Origin: Geotalea uraniireducens Rf4
GTDB taxonomy: Bacteria > Desulfobacterota > Desulfuromonadia > Geobacterales > Geobacteraceae
DNA: 32,000 nt
Reading direction: 5' to 3'
Assembly: GCF_000016745.1 (NCBI RefSeq)
Contig: NC_009483.1
Coordinates: 2,970,001-3,002,000 of the forward strand
Below, piece by piece: positions 1 to 8,522 of this stretch (position 1 is the stretch's first letter; each line of letters opens with the position of its first letter). The position numbers were made by a program, and so were the translations under genes. A model generated the notes under the pieces. The model saw only the letters and a list, made by a program, of their open reading frames with translations. It was not told the origin of the DNA and did no database searches.

Positions 1-246
1 CTTTCCGGCCGGCCGCAGTTGAAATACCATGAGGCGGGGATGGACCTGGGCCTTGCCAATGATCCGTACCAGAGTTTCCGGCTCTTCCAGGAGCGCATAT
101 ACAACGAGTATCTCGGCATGAGGGATGAATTTTCTTTCGTGACAATCGACGGCTCGGTATCCATCGAAGAACAGCAGATCAAGGTTCGGGAAATCGTCGG
201 CCAGAGTTTCGACCTTCCCATTTATCGCTGGAAAACCGTAAAGTGA
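1..246 (+). CDS. thymidylate-kinase-like protein, C-terminal part (5' end lies outside the window)
   Basis: Frame 1 is open from base 1 to TGA 244-246. The tail (..YHEAGMDLGLANDPYQSF..) is clearly paralogous to the C-terminal half of the next gene (..YWEAGMDLGLSRDIFDSF..). Confidence 0.55.
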   Translation, partial: LSGRPQLKYHEAGMDLGLANDPYQSFRLFQERIYNEYLGMRDEFSFVTIDGSVSIEEQQIKVREIVGQSFDLPIYRWKTVK

Positions 247-295
247 GACAAATAAACGGCAGAGTTTTTTAGCGCTGCCGTGCAAGAGGAATCGG

Positions 296-979
296 ATGAG
301 ATTTTATGGAGAAGGGCTTCCCGGTGTAGACCCGGGGAATCTTGCAGGGAAGTTGATCGTCATCGAAGGGGCGGATGGCTCGGGTAGATCGACGCAAATG
401 GAGTTGCTCAAGGATTATCTGGAAGGGAAAGGGCACGCTACGGTAAACGTGGGGTTGCTCCGCTCCACTCTTGTCTCGGAAGAACTGAACGAGGCGAAAC
501 AGGGGAACGTGCTCGGCGAGATAACCAGGAGCCTTTTCTATGCCACGGATTTTGCCGACCAGCTTGAAAACCGCATCATTCCCGCGATGAAAGCCGGCTT
601 TATTGTCCTCGCCGACCGCTACATCTATACGCTGATGGCTCGTGACATCGTCCGTGGAGCTGACCGCGACTGGGTACGCGCGCTCTACGGCATAGCCGTA
701 GTACCGGATCTGGTCATATACCTGCGGGTGAGTCCGGCACAACTGGTCGAACGAAACTTCCGCAAGAATTCCACCCTCGATTACTGGGAAGCGGGGATGG
801 ACCTGGGACTTTCCCGCGACATCTTCGACAGCTTCATGCGCTACCAGAAGCTCATTCAGAAGGAATTCAGCCTGTTGCAGCAGGAGTACGGCTTTCACGT
901 GGTAAACGGCAACCGGTCGATCAGGTCCGCATCCGGGGAAATAACCGCCCGCGTCGAAGATTTACTGGGGATCAAATGA
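296..979 (+). CDS. thymidylate kinase family protein (atypical P-loop GADGSGRST)
   Basis: 227-aa ORF with SD AAGAGGA at 284-290. N-terminal LIVIEGADGSGRSTQ P-loop and ADRYIYT (DRY-like) motif are typical of the dTMP kinase fold, but Arg sits where the Walker-A Lys is expected. Confidence 0.7.
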   Translation: MRFYGEGLPGVDPGNLAGKLIVIEGADGSGRSTQMELLKDYLEGKGHATVNVGLLRSTLVSEELNEAKQGNVLGEITRSLFYATDFADQLENRIIPAMKAGFIVLADRYIYTLMARDIVRGADRDWVRALYGIAVVPDLVIYLRVSPAQLVERNFRKNSTLDYWEAGMDLGLSRDIFDSFMRYQKLIQKEFSLLQQEYGFHVVNGNRSIRSASGEITARVEDLLGIK

Positions 980-1326
980 CCATGACCGGCATCAAGCGCG
1001 GAGCAAAAAAAAGTACGAAAAGTGAAGACATGCGCGAGGATTTTATCCGGGAGCTGAAACACCTCCGCACCCTGGTGCGCGAAGTCGGTGAGCAGTTTAT
1101 TCTGCGGCGGGAAGGTGAGGTGGAGACCATCATCAGCCATCTGGAGGGGGTCCCGCCGAAGATATTAAGGGATCAAGCATCCGACTGGCTGCACGAGATA
1201 AAGACCCTCAAGCTGAAACCTGCCAAGGGGCGGATAAAAGACCTGAAAGGGATTGACGCATTGATCGAAGACTTGACGGATCAGATTATCAGCGCCCAGG
1301 ACGGGCACAAGCGTTCGGGCGGGTGA
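976..1326 (+). CDS. hypothetical small charged protein (116 aa), translationally coupled
   Basis: ATGA start/stop overlap at 976-979 with the upstream gene. Same strand and tight spacing to the CHAD gene. No domain recognised. Confidence 0.5.
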   Translation: MTMTGIKRGAKKSTKSEDMREDFIRELKHLRTLVREVGEQFILRREGEVETIISHLEGVPPKILRDQASDWLHEIKTLKLKPAKGRIKDLKGIDALIEDLTDQIISAQDGHKRSGG

Positions 1327-1338
1327 CGGAAAGGCGCC

Positions 1339-2232
1339 ATGATGCAAGTGGAGGGAACTACACCTTTGTGGATTGCAGCCAGAGTTCTCCTCTATGAACG
1401 GGTCGATGACTTTTTCCGGCGCAGGGATAACGTGTTCAAAGCTTTTGACCCTGAGGATATCCATGACTTGCGGGTCTCCTCACGCCGTCTCCGGGAAGGT
1501 CTGACACTCTTTGCGCCGTGCTATGAACCCAAGAATATCACCCGTCTTATTAAGACTGTAAAGAGGGTAACCCGATTACTGGGAGAAATGCGCAATACCG
1601 ATGAGGCGTTGCTTTTCTTCAATGCGTTGACGGATGACGTCGATAGTATCTGTCGAAGCGATTTGGAACGATTACAGCTAATCTTCCAGAAGAACAGGAC
1701 CAAAGCGCTCAAACGACTCAAGCCCGGTTTGCGCGAAAAAGCGCCGAAGCCCTTGCGTGATTTGTATTTGCGGATAATCAACGCCCCATCCATATTCAAT
1801 CCTTCGAGCAATGACATCGACCTTTTCACCCCCCTGTCGGACTTTGCCCGGAGATCTTTCGACGTCAAAATTGCTGCCGTAACAAACCTGGTGTCCCTGG
1901 CGCGACAGGAACAAGAAATCGAGGCCCAGCACCGGTTAAGGATCGCGGTCAAACATTTCCGTTACCGGATGGAAATCCTCTCCCACCTGCTGGGAGCCGA
2001 TTACCAGCCACTCCACACGGCGGTCAAAGGTTACCAGGATGTGCTGGGAAGAATGCACGATCTGGATGTCTTTGCCGAAATCATCAGGGAAGCGGGCTTC
2101 CCCCCCGCGGTTGAAGATTTGGTTCGAAAATGCATGGTTGAGAAAAGGAAAAACCTCTTCTCCGATTTCACGGGAATGCTTGAGACAATGCCGATTGCCC
2201 TGATCGGCGAGCGGGTAAGGAATACTTTGTGA
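1339..2232 (+). CDS. CHAD domain protein
   Basis: 297-aa helical protein with the CHAD-type signature ..DIHDLRVSSRRLREGLTLF.. and a second ..HRLRIAVKHFRYRMEIL.. repeat. Sits directly upstream of Ppx/GppA. Confidence 0.75.
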   Translation: MMQVEGTTPLWIAARVLLYERVDDFFRRRDNVFKAFDPEDIHDLRVSSRRLREGLTLFAPCYEPKNITRLIKTVKRVTRLLGEMRNTDEALLFFNALTDDVDSICRSDLERLQLIFQKNRTKALKRLKPGLREKAPKPLRDLYLRIINAPSIFNPSSNDIDLFTPLSDFARRSFDVKIAAVTNLVSLARQEQEIEAQHRLRIAVKHFRYRMEILSHLLGADYQPLHTAVKGYQDVLGRMHDLDVFAEIIREAGFPPAVEDLVRKCMVEKRKNLFSDFTGMLETMPIALIGERVRNTL

Positions 2233-3770
2233 AACAAAACAGACTGGCAGCCATCGATATCGGTACTAATTCCATCCGCTGCATCGTGGTGGAAGTGGAC
2301 AAGCCCGGCTCATTCAAGGTACTGGATGACGAGAAAGCGACCGTGCGTCTTGGGGAAGGCATCGCCAAAGACAGGGCAATATCCGAAGCAGCTTGGCAAC
2401 GGGCCATGGACGCCCTTTCCCGGATGAATAAGATTGTCGACGGCTATGGGGTGATGAAAGTGGAAACCATCGCCACCAGCGCAGTGCGCAGGGCAGCCAA
2501 TGGCGACGCCTTTGTCAAGGCCGTTGCCGACCGGATCGGTCTGCACATCTCCGTCATCAGCGGCGAGGAAGAGGCGGAACTGGCCGCCATGAGCGTTCTC
2601 CATAATTTCGATATGGAAGGAACCCGCTATACCATGGTCGATATCGGCGGCGGCAGCGTGGAGATCATCACGGCACTGGGCAGCCATATCGAGGAGATTT
2701 ATTCTTTAGAGTTGGGGGCCGTCGTCCTGACGGAAAAGTTTATCACCGCCGATCCGATAAGGAGCCGGGAATACCTGAACTTGCGCAAACACATCCGCAA
2801 AACCATCAAAGCCGTTTTTACCGGCGAAAAGATGCCGGTTCAGTGCCTCCTTGGCTCAGGCGGAACCATGACCTCCATAGGAGCCATGGTAATGGGGATG
2901 AGAAAAGAGGGGTACGGCTCCGTTCATGGCTATGAGGTCCTCCGCTCCGAGGTGGTGCATCTCCTCGCCATGCTCCTGAGAAAGGACCTGAAAGGAAGGA
3001 GGTCGCTGGCAGGCCTGAATCCCGACCGGGCGGACATAATCGTGGCCGGCGTGACCGTGGTGGACGAACTGATGGAATTTTTCAATACGAATCTATTGAA
3101 GATAAATGAACAGGGCATCCGCGAGGGGCTGATACTGAAAAGCCTGAAAAAACATAACCTCATGCCCGCGGGGAGAATACCGAGAAATTGGCGGGAATCG
3201 GCCCTTGAGTTTGCGCGATCCTGCCATCACGACGAAGAACATTCCTTGCAGGTGGCAAGATTATCCATGGAGATTTTTGACGAGGTTGCCTCAGCGTTCG
3301 GCCTTAACGAGAAGCACGGGCAGATGCTCGAAGCAGCGGCGCTTGTGCATGACGTCGGCTATTTCATCAGCTATTCGAGTCATCACAAGCATACCTATCA
3401 CCTCGTCCGGCATGCGGACCTGTTCGGCTTCACGCCGCGGGAACGGGAAATCATCGCCAATATTGCCCGCTATCACCGCAAATCCCTGCCGAAGAAAAAG
3501 CATGAGAGCTTCGCCAGGCTTGCACCCCGGGACAGGCTCCTGGTCAAGAGGCTCGGCGGCATCCTGCGGCTTGCAGACGGTCTTGATCGCCGCAGGAACA
3601 GCCTGGTGAAAGGGCTCGACTGTTCGCTTTCCCCGTCCACCTTCATGGTCAGGCTTGCAGGAGGGGACGATGTGTCCGTCGAACTCTTCGGCGGCAAAAA
3701 TAAAGGCGATCTTTTTGAAGAGGCGTTCGAAAGAAAGCTTTTGCTGGTCCCAACCCCGACGGTTGATTGA
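2229..3770 (+). CDS. ppx: exopolyphosphatase / Ppx-GppA family phosphatase with C-terminal HD domain
   Basis: GTG start overlaps the CHAD stop (GTGA 2229-2232). N-terminal AAIDIGTNSIRCIVVEV and DIGGGSVE are ASKHA phosphate motifs of Ppx/GppA. The C-terminal half has HD-domain residues (LVHDVGYFISYSSHHKH). Confidence 0.85.
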   Translation: MKQNRLAAIDIGTNSIRCIVVEVDKPGSFKVLDDEKATVRLGEGIAKDRAISEAAWQRAMDALSRMNKIVDGYGVMKVETIATSAVRRAANGDAFVKAVADRIGLHISVISGEEEAELAAMSVLHNFDMEGTRYTMVDIGGGSVEIITALGSHIEEIYSLELGAVVLTEKFITADPIRSREYLNLRKHIRKTIKAVFTGEKMPVQCLLGSGGTMTSIGAMVMGMRKEGYGSVHGYEVLRSEVVHLLAMLLRKDLKGRRSLAGLNPDRADIIVAGVTVVDELMEFFNTNLLKINEQGIREGLILKSLKKHNLMPAGRIPRNWRESALEFARSCHHDEEHSLQVARLSMEIFDEVASAFGLNEKHGQMLEAAALVHDVGYFISYSSHHKHTYHLVRHADLFGFTPREREIIANIARYHRKSLPKKKHESFARLAPRDRLLVKRLGGILRLADGLDRRRNSLVKGLDCSLSPSTFMVRLAGGDDVSVELFGGKNKGDLFEEAFERKLLLVPTPTVD

Positions 3771-3842
3771 CCCTGAACCTCTAACGATCATGACGACAAC
3801 CTGCCGGCAGATACCGGATGACTCCGATCGCGACTCAAATCG

Positions 3843-4619
3843 CTAAGCAGCATTCAGCTTCGTCATCCTTAATGAGTATGAGCCGTTCTTACCGCTGCCG
3901 TCCTGTCGGGCGATGACAACACCGAGGTCGTCAGCTTTGATCCATCGCCGGCACTTCTTGTGCGAATCCTCAAAGTCGATCACTTTACACATGAGCCGCA
4001 CCCCGTCCACATCCACTTCTTCATTTCTTACGTATCGATAACTGCGAGTCAGCACTTCAAGATTTTCCAGATCGAGGACTCGCAGAGACATCTTCTCGCC
4101 CGGTTTTTTCATGGCGACTTCGGGACATTCCATGGTGGTATAGTCGTATTTCTTCCGCTCGATGGCCACCGTTCTGCGGGAACCTTTTTCGCTGACTTCA
4201 AACTGGAACAGCCCGTTTTCCAGTTTACCCTCCACCTGCAGGCTGGATTTATTTTCTTTGGCCGTGTGCTTGTATTGGAACGCGCCGTCGTTCCCTACCA
4301 AAGCTTCTTCCTTCCCGACGAGAGAGTATGAGTAGAAGACGAGGTTTGCATTGACTCGTGTGGCGGATTCGAATTTGAGGATCTTTTTGCCTGTGGCGGG
4401 AACAAGGGAGCAGACCGTCTTCAATTCGCCGACCCTGAACCCTCGGGCAAAGATGGCGTAACTAGATTCCCGTGTTTCCGGTCCTGTACTGGCAACGCTC
4501 CCTGTGACGCAGGCAATCATGAGAATGCAGGCAATTACATTATTCAACCGGATTTGAAGACGCTTCTTCAGCCGTAAAGCGGCTGTTCCCCCCTGGTTTT
4601 CAGACAATTCCACTATCAA
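3843..4619 (-). CDS. hypothetical exported protein, possible lipoprotein
   Basis: 258-aa ORF. Hydrophobic N-terminal segment ending ..ILMIACVTG (lipobox-like). The TTG start at 4619 overlaps the stop of the upstream mini ORF (TTGA). No domain recognised and the start is uncertain. Confidence 0.6.
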   Translation of the reverse strand: MIVELSENQGGTAALRLKKRLQIRLNNVIACILMIACVTGSVASTGPETRESSYAIFARGFRVGELKTVCSLVPATGKKILKFESATRVNANLVFYSYSLVGKEEALVGNDGAFQYKHTAKENKSSLQVEGKLENGLFQFEVSEKGSRRTVAIERKKYDYTTMECPEVAMKKPGEKMSLRVLDLENLEVLTRSYRYVRNEEVDVDGVRLMCKVIDFEDSHKKCRRWIKADDLGVVIARQDGSGKNGSYSLRMTKLNAA

Positions 4620-4774
4620 TCACCCTCTTCCATTACAGGCAGATTCAGGGAACGTTTTTTGAATTCTTCAAAGGCAAATTCCCTGCCACAGGTAATGCAG
4701 ACGAATCGCTGCCCGGCTTTGACTTGCTTCCTCAACCGGTATGTGATTTCAGTGTTGCATGCCGGACAAATCAT
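4616..4774 (-). CDS. mini zinc-ribbon protein (52 aa; CPAC..CITC)
   Basis: Not in the ORF track (under 60 aa). My translation: MICPACNTEITYRLRKQVKAGQRFVCITCGREFAFEEFKKRSLNLPVMEEGD. Perfect SD AGGAGG (4782-4787) lies 7 nt before ATG 4774. Its stop overlaps the start of the downstream gene. Confidence 0.55.
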   Translation of the reverse strand: MICPACNTEITYRLRKQVKAGQRFVCITCGREFAFEEFKKRSLNLPVMEEGD

Positions 4775-5157
4775 GCGCCAACCTCCTGGAATAATTTGTG
4801 ATCAATTGATTTAATGTCCTCTACAAATATTAAATTCTTGTGAAGGCCGTGTTAATGTTCTGCAACAACTGTAACGGCGCCGCTATGTACAGGAAATCAG
4901 TTCATTCGACAATTGAATGCTTATGAGGAAATATTGCATTGCTGTTTATTATGCGCCGCCTGCAGCAGAGTAGATAAACTGACCAACAGCAATAAATTGC
5001 ATCAATAAACATAATTTTCACATGCCTGTTTCATGATTTGCACATTTATATGGGAGAATAACATGCAATAAATGCGGGACAATTCGGCATTGGGCCCCGC
5101 GAATGGCGTTTATGCAGCTATACCAGCCGGCAAATATGGAAATGACAGGGGCGAAAA

Positions 5158-5328
5158 ATGACATGTCCGAAATGCAAAGCCAAAATTGGAATTACACGAC
5201 AGCAGTTTATTACTGACTCGGGTCTGGCAGCCGGCATTATCTGCTACATGTGCGGCAACTGGATACAGGAATTTCCGGAAGAATCCGAGCGTTTTGTCCG
5301 GCGACAAATATCGACGCACTCCGCCTGA
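5158..5328 (+). CDS. mini zinc-ribbon protein (56 aa; CPKC..CYMC)
   Basis: Not in the ORF track. My translation: MTCPKCKAKIGITRQQFITDSGLAAGIICYMCGNWIQEFPEESERFVRRQISTHSA. The N-terminus M-x-CP-x-C-x-x-x-I parallels the 4616-4774 ORF. The SD is weak. Confidence 0.4.
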   Translation: MTCPKCKAKIGITRQQFITDSGLAAGIICYMCGNWIQEFPEESERFVRRQISTHSA

Positions 5329-5425
5329 AACCCGTTCAGCGTCTCTTTGAATTACTGAAGAATGAGTGGAAGCAGCGTGGTTCCGTGCGGCTGGAATTTG
5401 AGAAAATCATTTGACGTCTTGCCCT

Positions 5426-5590
5426 AGGAGCCAGTCGGACTTAGGGAATCGTAACGAGAGAATGGCAAATCGAGGACAGATTATCGGAAATTTGAGAGCG
5501 AATAGTGGACCTATTTGTCGAAAATTTCCGGGAATATGGGCCGATTTTCCGTTCTCGCAGTAGATTCACTCCTAAGTCCGACAGGCTCCT
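5426..5590 (+). repeat. 165-nt imperfect foldback (rod-like long hairpin); candidate structured RNA or foldback element
   Basis: 5426-5445 pairs with 5571-5590 (19 of 20). Further helices: 5446-5450/5563-5567, 5455-5465/5549-5557, 5467-5472/5542-5547, 5485-5493/5522-5530, 5499-5505/5511-5517. The wobble pairs are G-U only when read on the + strand. Confidence 0.6.
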
Positions 5591-5775
5591 GATATCCACA
5601 GATAATTTTCCCCACCGCAACACAGCCGTAACCCTCTCCGTTCATAATGAGAAGAAACAAGGCTCTTGCAAAACGTCATGAGGATGCCGGGATGCAAGGC
5701 GCAAGCGAGCGAGCGGCAACACCGCAAAGCGGTCCCGCAGTGGTTTTGCAATAGCCTCAACCGTAAGGAGAAATT

Positions 5776-6858
5776 ATGAACGCATCGGTTATCCCGTTTG
5801 TGCAGAAAACTATCGGCAACCACCCGGCTATTCTGGGTGTCGTCACTGCCGCAACCGGAATTCTCCGCCAGATGGCCATCAAGCCGTTCACTCCAAAAAA
5901 CCGGCGTCGCGAATTCAAGCTCAAAGATCGGGTTGCAAGCATGCACGCAACCCGTGCCCAGATATTCAAGGAAAAGGGATCCGGCTCCACACCCACCATC
6001 ATCGTCGGCGGTTTCGTCCCCGACGCTACCGAGTTAGTGGAATTCCAGCGTCCCCTCTTCAGGGAGTACGGCAGCATCTACTACATAAACTACCCGCGCA
6101 ACGGCTTTTCCTCGGCGATGTTTTTTGCCCAACTGGCAGATCTTATCGAGGACATCAACCTACGCGGCAAAAAGCCGGTGCTCTTCGGGGTCAGTTTCGG
6201 CTGCGGCCTGCTGGCCTGCTTCCTGCGCGAATGCGCCGAGGCAAAGGATCTCAAAATCAGGGGGGTGGTCATGGCCAGCCCGGTGCTCTGCACCGAAGAC
6301 CTGATCCGGCCGGAACGGGACAAGAGCGGCGGCGTCAGGATGCTGGAGAGCAACCTTAAACGTATTCTCAAGGCGAATCCGGCCGGCGGCGAAGAAGTAA
6401 GCAGACAGATTGACCGGGCGCGCCGCTGCTTTCAGGCGCTTTTCGAAGCCGGCGCGGAAAACCGGCGATTGTCGAGCAGACACCTCTCCATCAGGAGAAA
6501 GATCATGGAAGTCATCGGCTCAACCTCTTCCTCCGGCGGCTACGAGCGGGTCCTGGCCCTCAAACAGTTTGCGCAGCCGGGGGGGGATCTGCCGATCTTC
6601 ACCGGCCCGGCCCTGACGCTCCTGGCGGAACAGGAAGACAACCTGCTCGTCCCGACCTCGCCGACACTGGCTGCCCTGCGCGACCCGGCAAAAAGCAGAC
6701 AGCTCTTCCCGCGCGGCAAGGTAAGGCAGGTCATATCCCACTCGCCGGACGATGCCGTTGCCCACGCCTCGCTGATTTTTCACCATCAATACTACAATCC
6801 GCTCATCGAAACCTGGTATGACAAGCTGCTGGCGCCCATGCTCTTTGCGGTGGTATAA
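5776..6858 (+). CDS. alpha/beta-fold hydrolase
   Basis: 360-aa ORF with SD AAGGAG at 5765-5770. Nucleophile elbow G-V-S-F-G (..VLFGVSFGCGLLA..) in an alpha/beta-hydrolase-like context. Its stop overlaps the GH3 start (TAATG). Confidence 0.65.
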   Translation: MNASVIPFVQKTIGNHPAILGVVTAATGILRQMAIKPFTPKNRRREFKLKDRVASMHATRAQIFKEKGSGSTPTIIVGGFVPDATELVEFQRPLFREYGSIYYINYPRNGFSSAMFFAQLADLIEDINLRGKKPVLFGVSFGCGLLACFLRECAEAKDLKIRGVVMASPVLCTEDLIRPERDKSGGVRMLESNLKRILKANPAGGEEVSRQIDRARRCFQALFEAGAENRRLSSRHLSIRRKIMEVIGSTSSSGGYERVLALKQFAQPGGDLPIFTGPALTLLAEQEDNLLVPTSPTLAALRDPAKSRQLFPRGKVRQVISHSPDDAVAHASLIFHHQYYNPLIETWYDKLLAPMLFAVV

Positions 6859-8477
6859 TGAAAACCATACCCATGCTTCGTGACCTTTCCGCACCGTTCC
6901 TCGACCGGTTTCTGAAAACCGGCGCCACCGTCCTGGCCAACCGGTTTCTGGCCCAGGACCCTTACCTGGCCCAGCGAAACATTCTGGCCCGGCTCCTCGC
7001 CCGCGGCAGCGTCACCCGTTTCGGCAGGGACTACGGTCTGGCCGAACTCGTGCCGCTTCCCTTTGCCGAAGCCTACCGCCTCTATCGGCAGCGGGTCCCG
7101 ATCAGGACCTACAGCGATTTCTGGACGGACTATTTTGCCGCTTCGTGCCGTGAAATCAGTGGACGTCGGCAATTATTCCTTGAAAACGAGACCTGGCCGG
7201 GCAAGATCCCCTTCTTCTGCGAAACGTCGGGCACCACGGCTCCGAGCAAGTACATCCCATTTTCCCGGGAGATGTTTGCCGCCAACCAGCGGGCCGCACT
7301 CGACCTCACTGCCACGTACCTCAATGCCAATCGCAGCAGCCGCCTCTTTCAGGGAAAACTCCTCTACATGGCGGGCAACACCGACCTCACCGACATGGGT
7401 GACGGTGTCCTGAGCGGCGACATGAGCGCCATTACCCTTCGCTACCGGCCGGCGTACCTGAATCCGTTCATCGCCCCCGACCCTGTAACCGCTGCCCTGC
7501 CCTGGGAAGAAAAGCTGGAAAAGCTGGCGCACCTTCTCCTCACCAATCGTAACATCAGGGGGATATCCGGCGTCCCCCCCTGGATCATTCTCCTGCTGAA
7601 ACGTTGCGCGGAACTTGGAAGCCGCCCTCTCCCCGAGTTGTTGCCAAACCTGGAACTGATCATTCACGGCGGAACAAGCCTCAAACCGTATCGGCAGGAG
7701 TTCGACGAGCTGTTTCCCCTGCGCATGCCCAACTTCCTGGAACTGCTCCCCTCATCGGAAGCGTTCATGGCCTTCCAGCTCCATGGCGAAGGACAGATGC
7801 GGCTTGCCCCGTACTACGGTGTATTCTTCGAGTTTGTTCCCTGTGAAATGCTGAATGAGCGGGGTGTACCGGCCCCGGACGCCCCCGCCGTACCGCTGGA
7901 AGAGACCGAAACCGGCCGGCGCTACGCGGTAATCCTTACCACCTGTGCCGGGCTCTGGCGCTACCATATAGGCGACACCATTCGCTTCACCTCCCGCGCC
8001 CCCCTGTTCATCGAATTCACCGGCCGCGACAAGTTCCTCGACCGGTTCGAGGAAAAAGTGACCCAGGGAGAAGTGGAAGCTGCGGTGGCCGGGCTGAACA
8101 ACATCCCGGGGATCGATATCCGCGAGTTCATCGTCGGTCCGGAGATAGCGGAACGTCGTCATCTCTGGGTGCTCGCCCTGGGCCGGGACAGCCAAAACAG
8201 CGACATCGACCTGGCGAAGCGCCTCGACGATGCCCTCATCACTATGAACGCCGACTACGCAACGTTCCGCAACCAGGGAAGGATCAAGGCGCCGGTGGTT
8301 GTCGGTGTGGAAGAAGGGCTCATTTACCGGTGGTCGAAAGAGGTACGGGGCAAACTTGGCGGACAGAGCAAGATCCCCCACATCGATCCGACGGTGGAGG
8401 GAGAACTGGTGAGAAGCCTCGTAGAGTTCAGCCGGGAGTCATGCGAAGACATCGCTGGCTGCAAGGTTGCGATCTAA
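6858..8477 (+). CDS. GH3 (auxin-responsive promoter) family adenylate-forming enzyme
   Basis: 539 aa. ..FFCETSGTTAPSKYIPFS.. matches the GH3 (S/T)SGTT..K.IP adenylation motif. Length and later motifs (YHIGDTIRF) fit bacterial GH3 homologs. Confidence 0.8.
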   Translation: MKTIPMLRDLSAPFLDRFLKTGATVLANRFLAQDPYLAQRNILARLLARGSVTRFGRDYGLAELVPLPFAEAYRLYRQRVPIRTYSDFWTDYFAASCREISGRRQLFLENETWPGKIPFFCETSGTTAPSKYIPFSREMFAANQRAALDLTATYLNANRSSRLFQGKLLYMAGNTDLTDMGDGVLSGDMSAITLRYRPAYLNPFIAPDPVTAALPWEEKLEKLAHLLLTNRNIRGISGVPPWIILLLKRCAELGSRPLPELLPNLELIIHGGTSLKPYRQEFDELFPLRMPNFLELLPSSEAFMAFQLHGEGQMRLAPYYGVFFEFVPCEMLNERGVPAPDAPAVPLEETETGRRYAVILTTCAGLWRYHIGDTIRFTSRAPLFIEFTGRDKFLDRFEEKVTQGEVEAAVAGLNNIPGIDIREFIVGPEIAERRHLWVLALGRDSQNSDIDLAKRLDDALITMNADYATFRNQGRIKAPVVVGVEEGLIYRWSKEVRGKLGGQSKIPHIDPTVEGELVRSLVEFSRESCEDIAGCKVAI

Positions 8478-8522
8478 AAAAGGTAATCCCTCATTTGCAG
8501 CAACGCAAACCGGAGCCGACTG

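Noticed and set aside
256-281. Hairpin ACGGCAG / CTGCCGT between the two Tmk-like genes, considered as a terminator.
   Set aside because: It has a 12-nt loop and no downstream U-tract, and is immediately followed by the SD of the next gene. It is more likely an intra-operon stabilising element, and the evidence is too weak to annotate.
269-898. Long antisense ORFs opposite confident genes. Examples: 269-898(-), 7752-8381(-), 10487-11125(-), 11379-12272(-), 13525-14139(+), 14950-15687(+), 19273-20010(+), 20763-21647(+), 24773-25450(+).
   Set aside because: Each lies fully inside a gene with clear family motifs on the other strand. Their translations are low-complexity, Arg/Gly/Pro-rich or motif-free, and they lack SD sequences. 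They are typical shadow ORFs of moderately GC-rich DNA.
5110-5319. 69-aa minus-strand ORF.
   Set aside because: It is antisense to the zinc-ribbon mini ORF 5158-5328, which has a recognisable CxxC..CxxC architecture and a paralog nearby. The antisense translation has no features.
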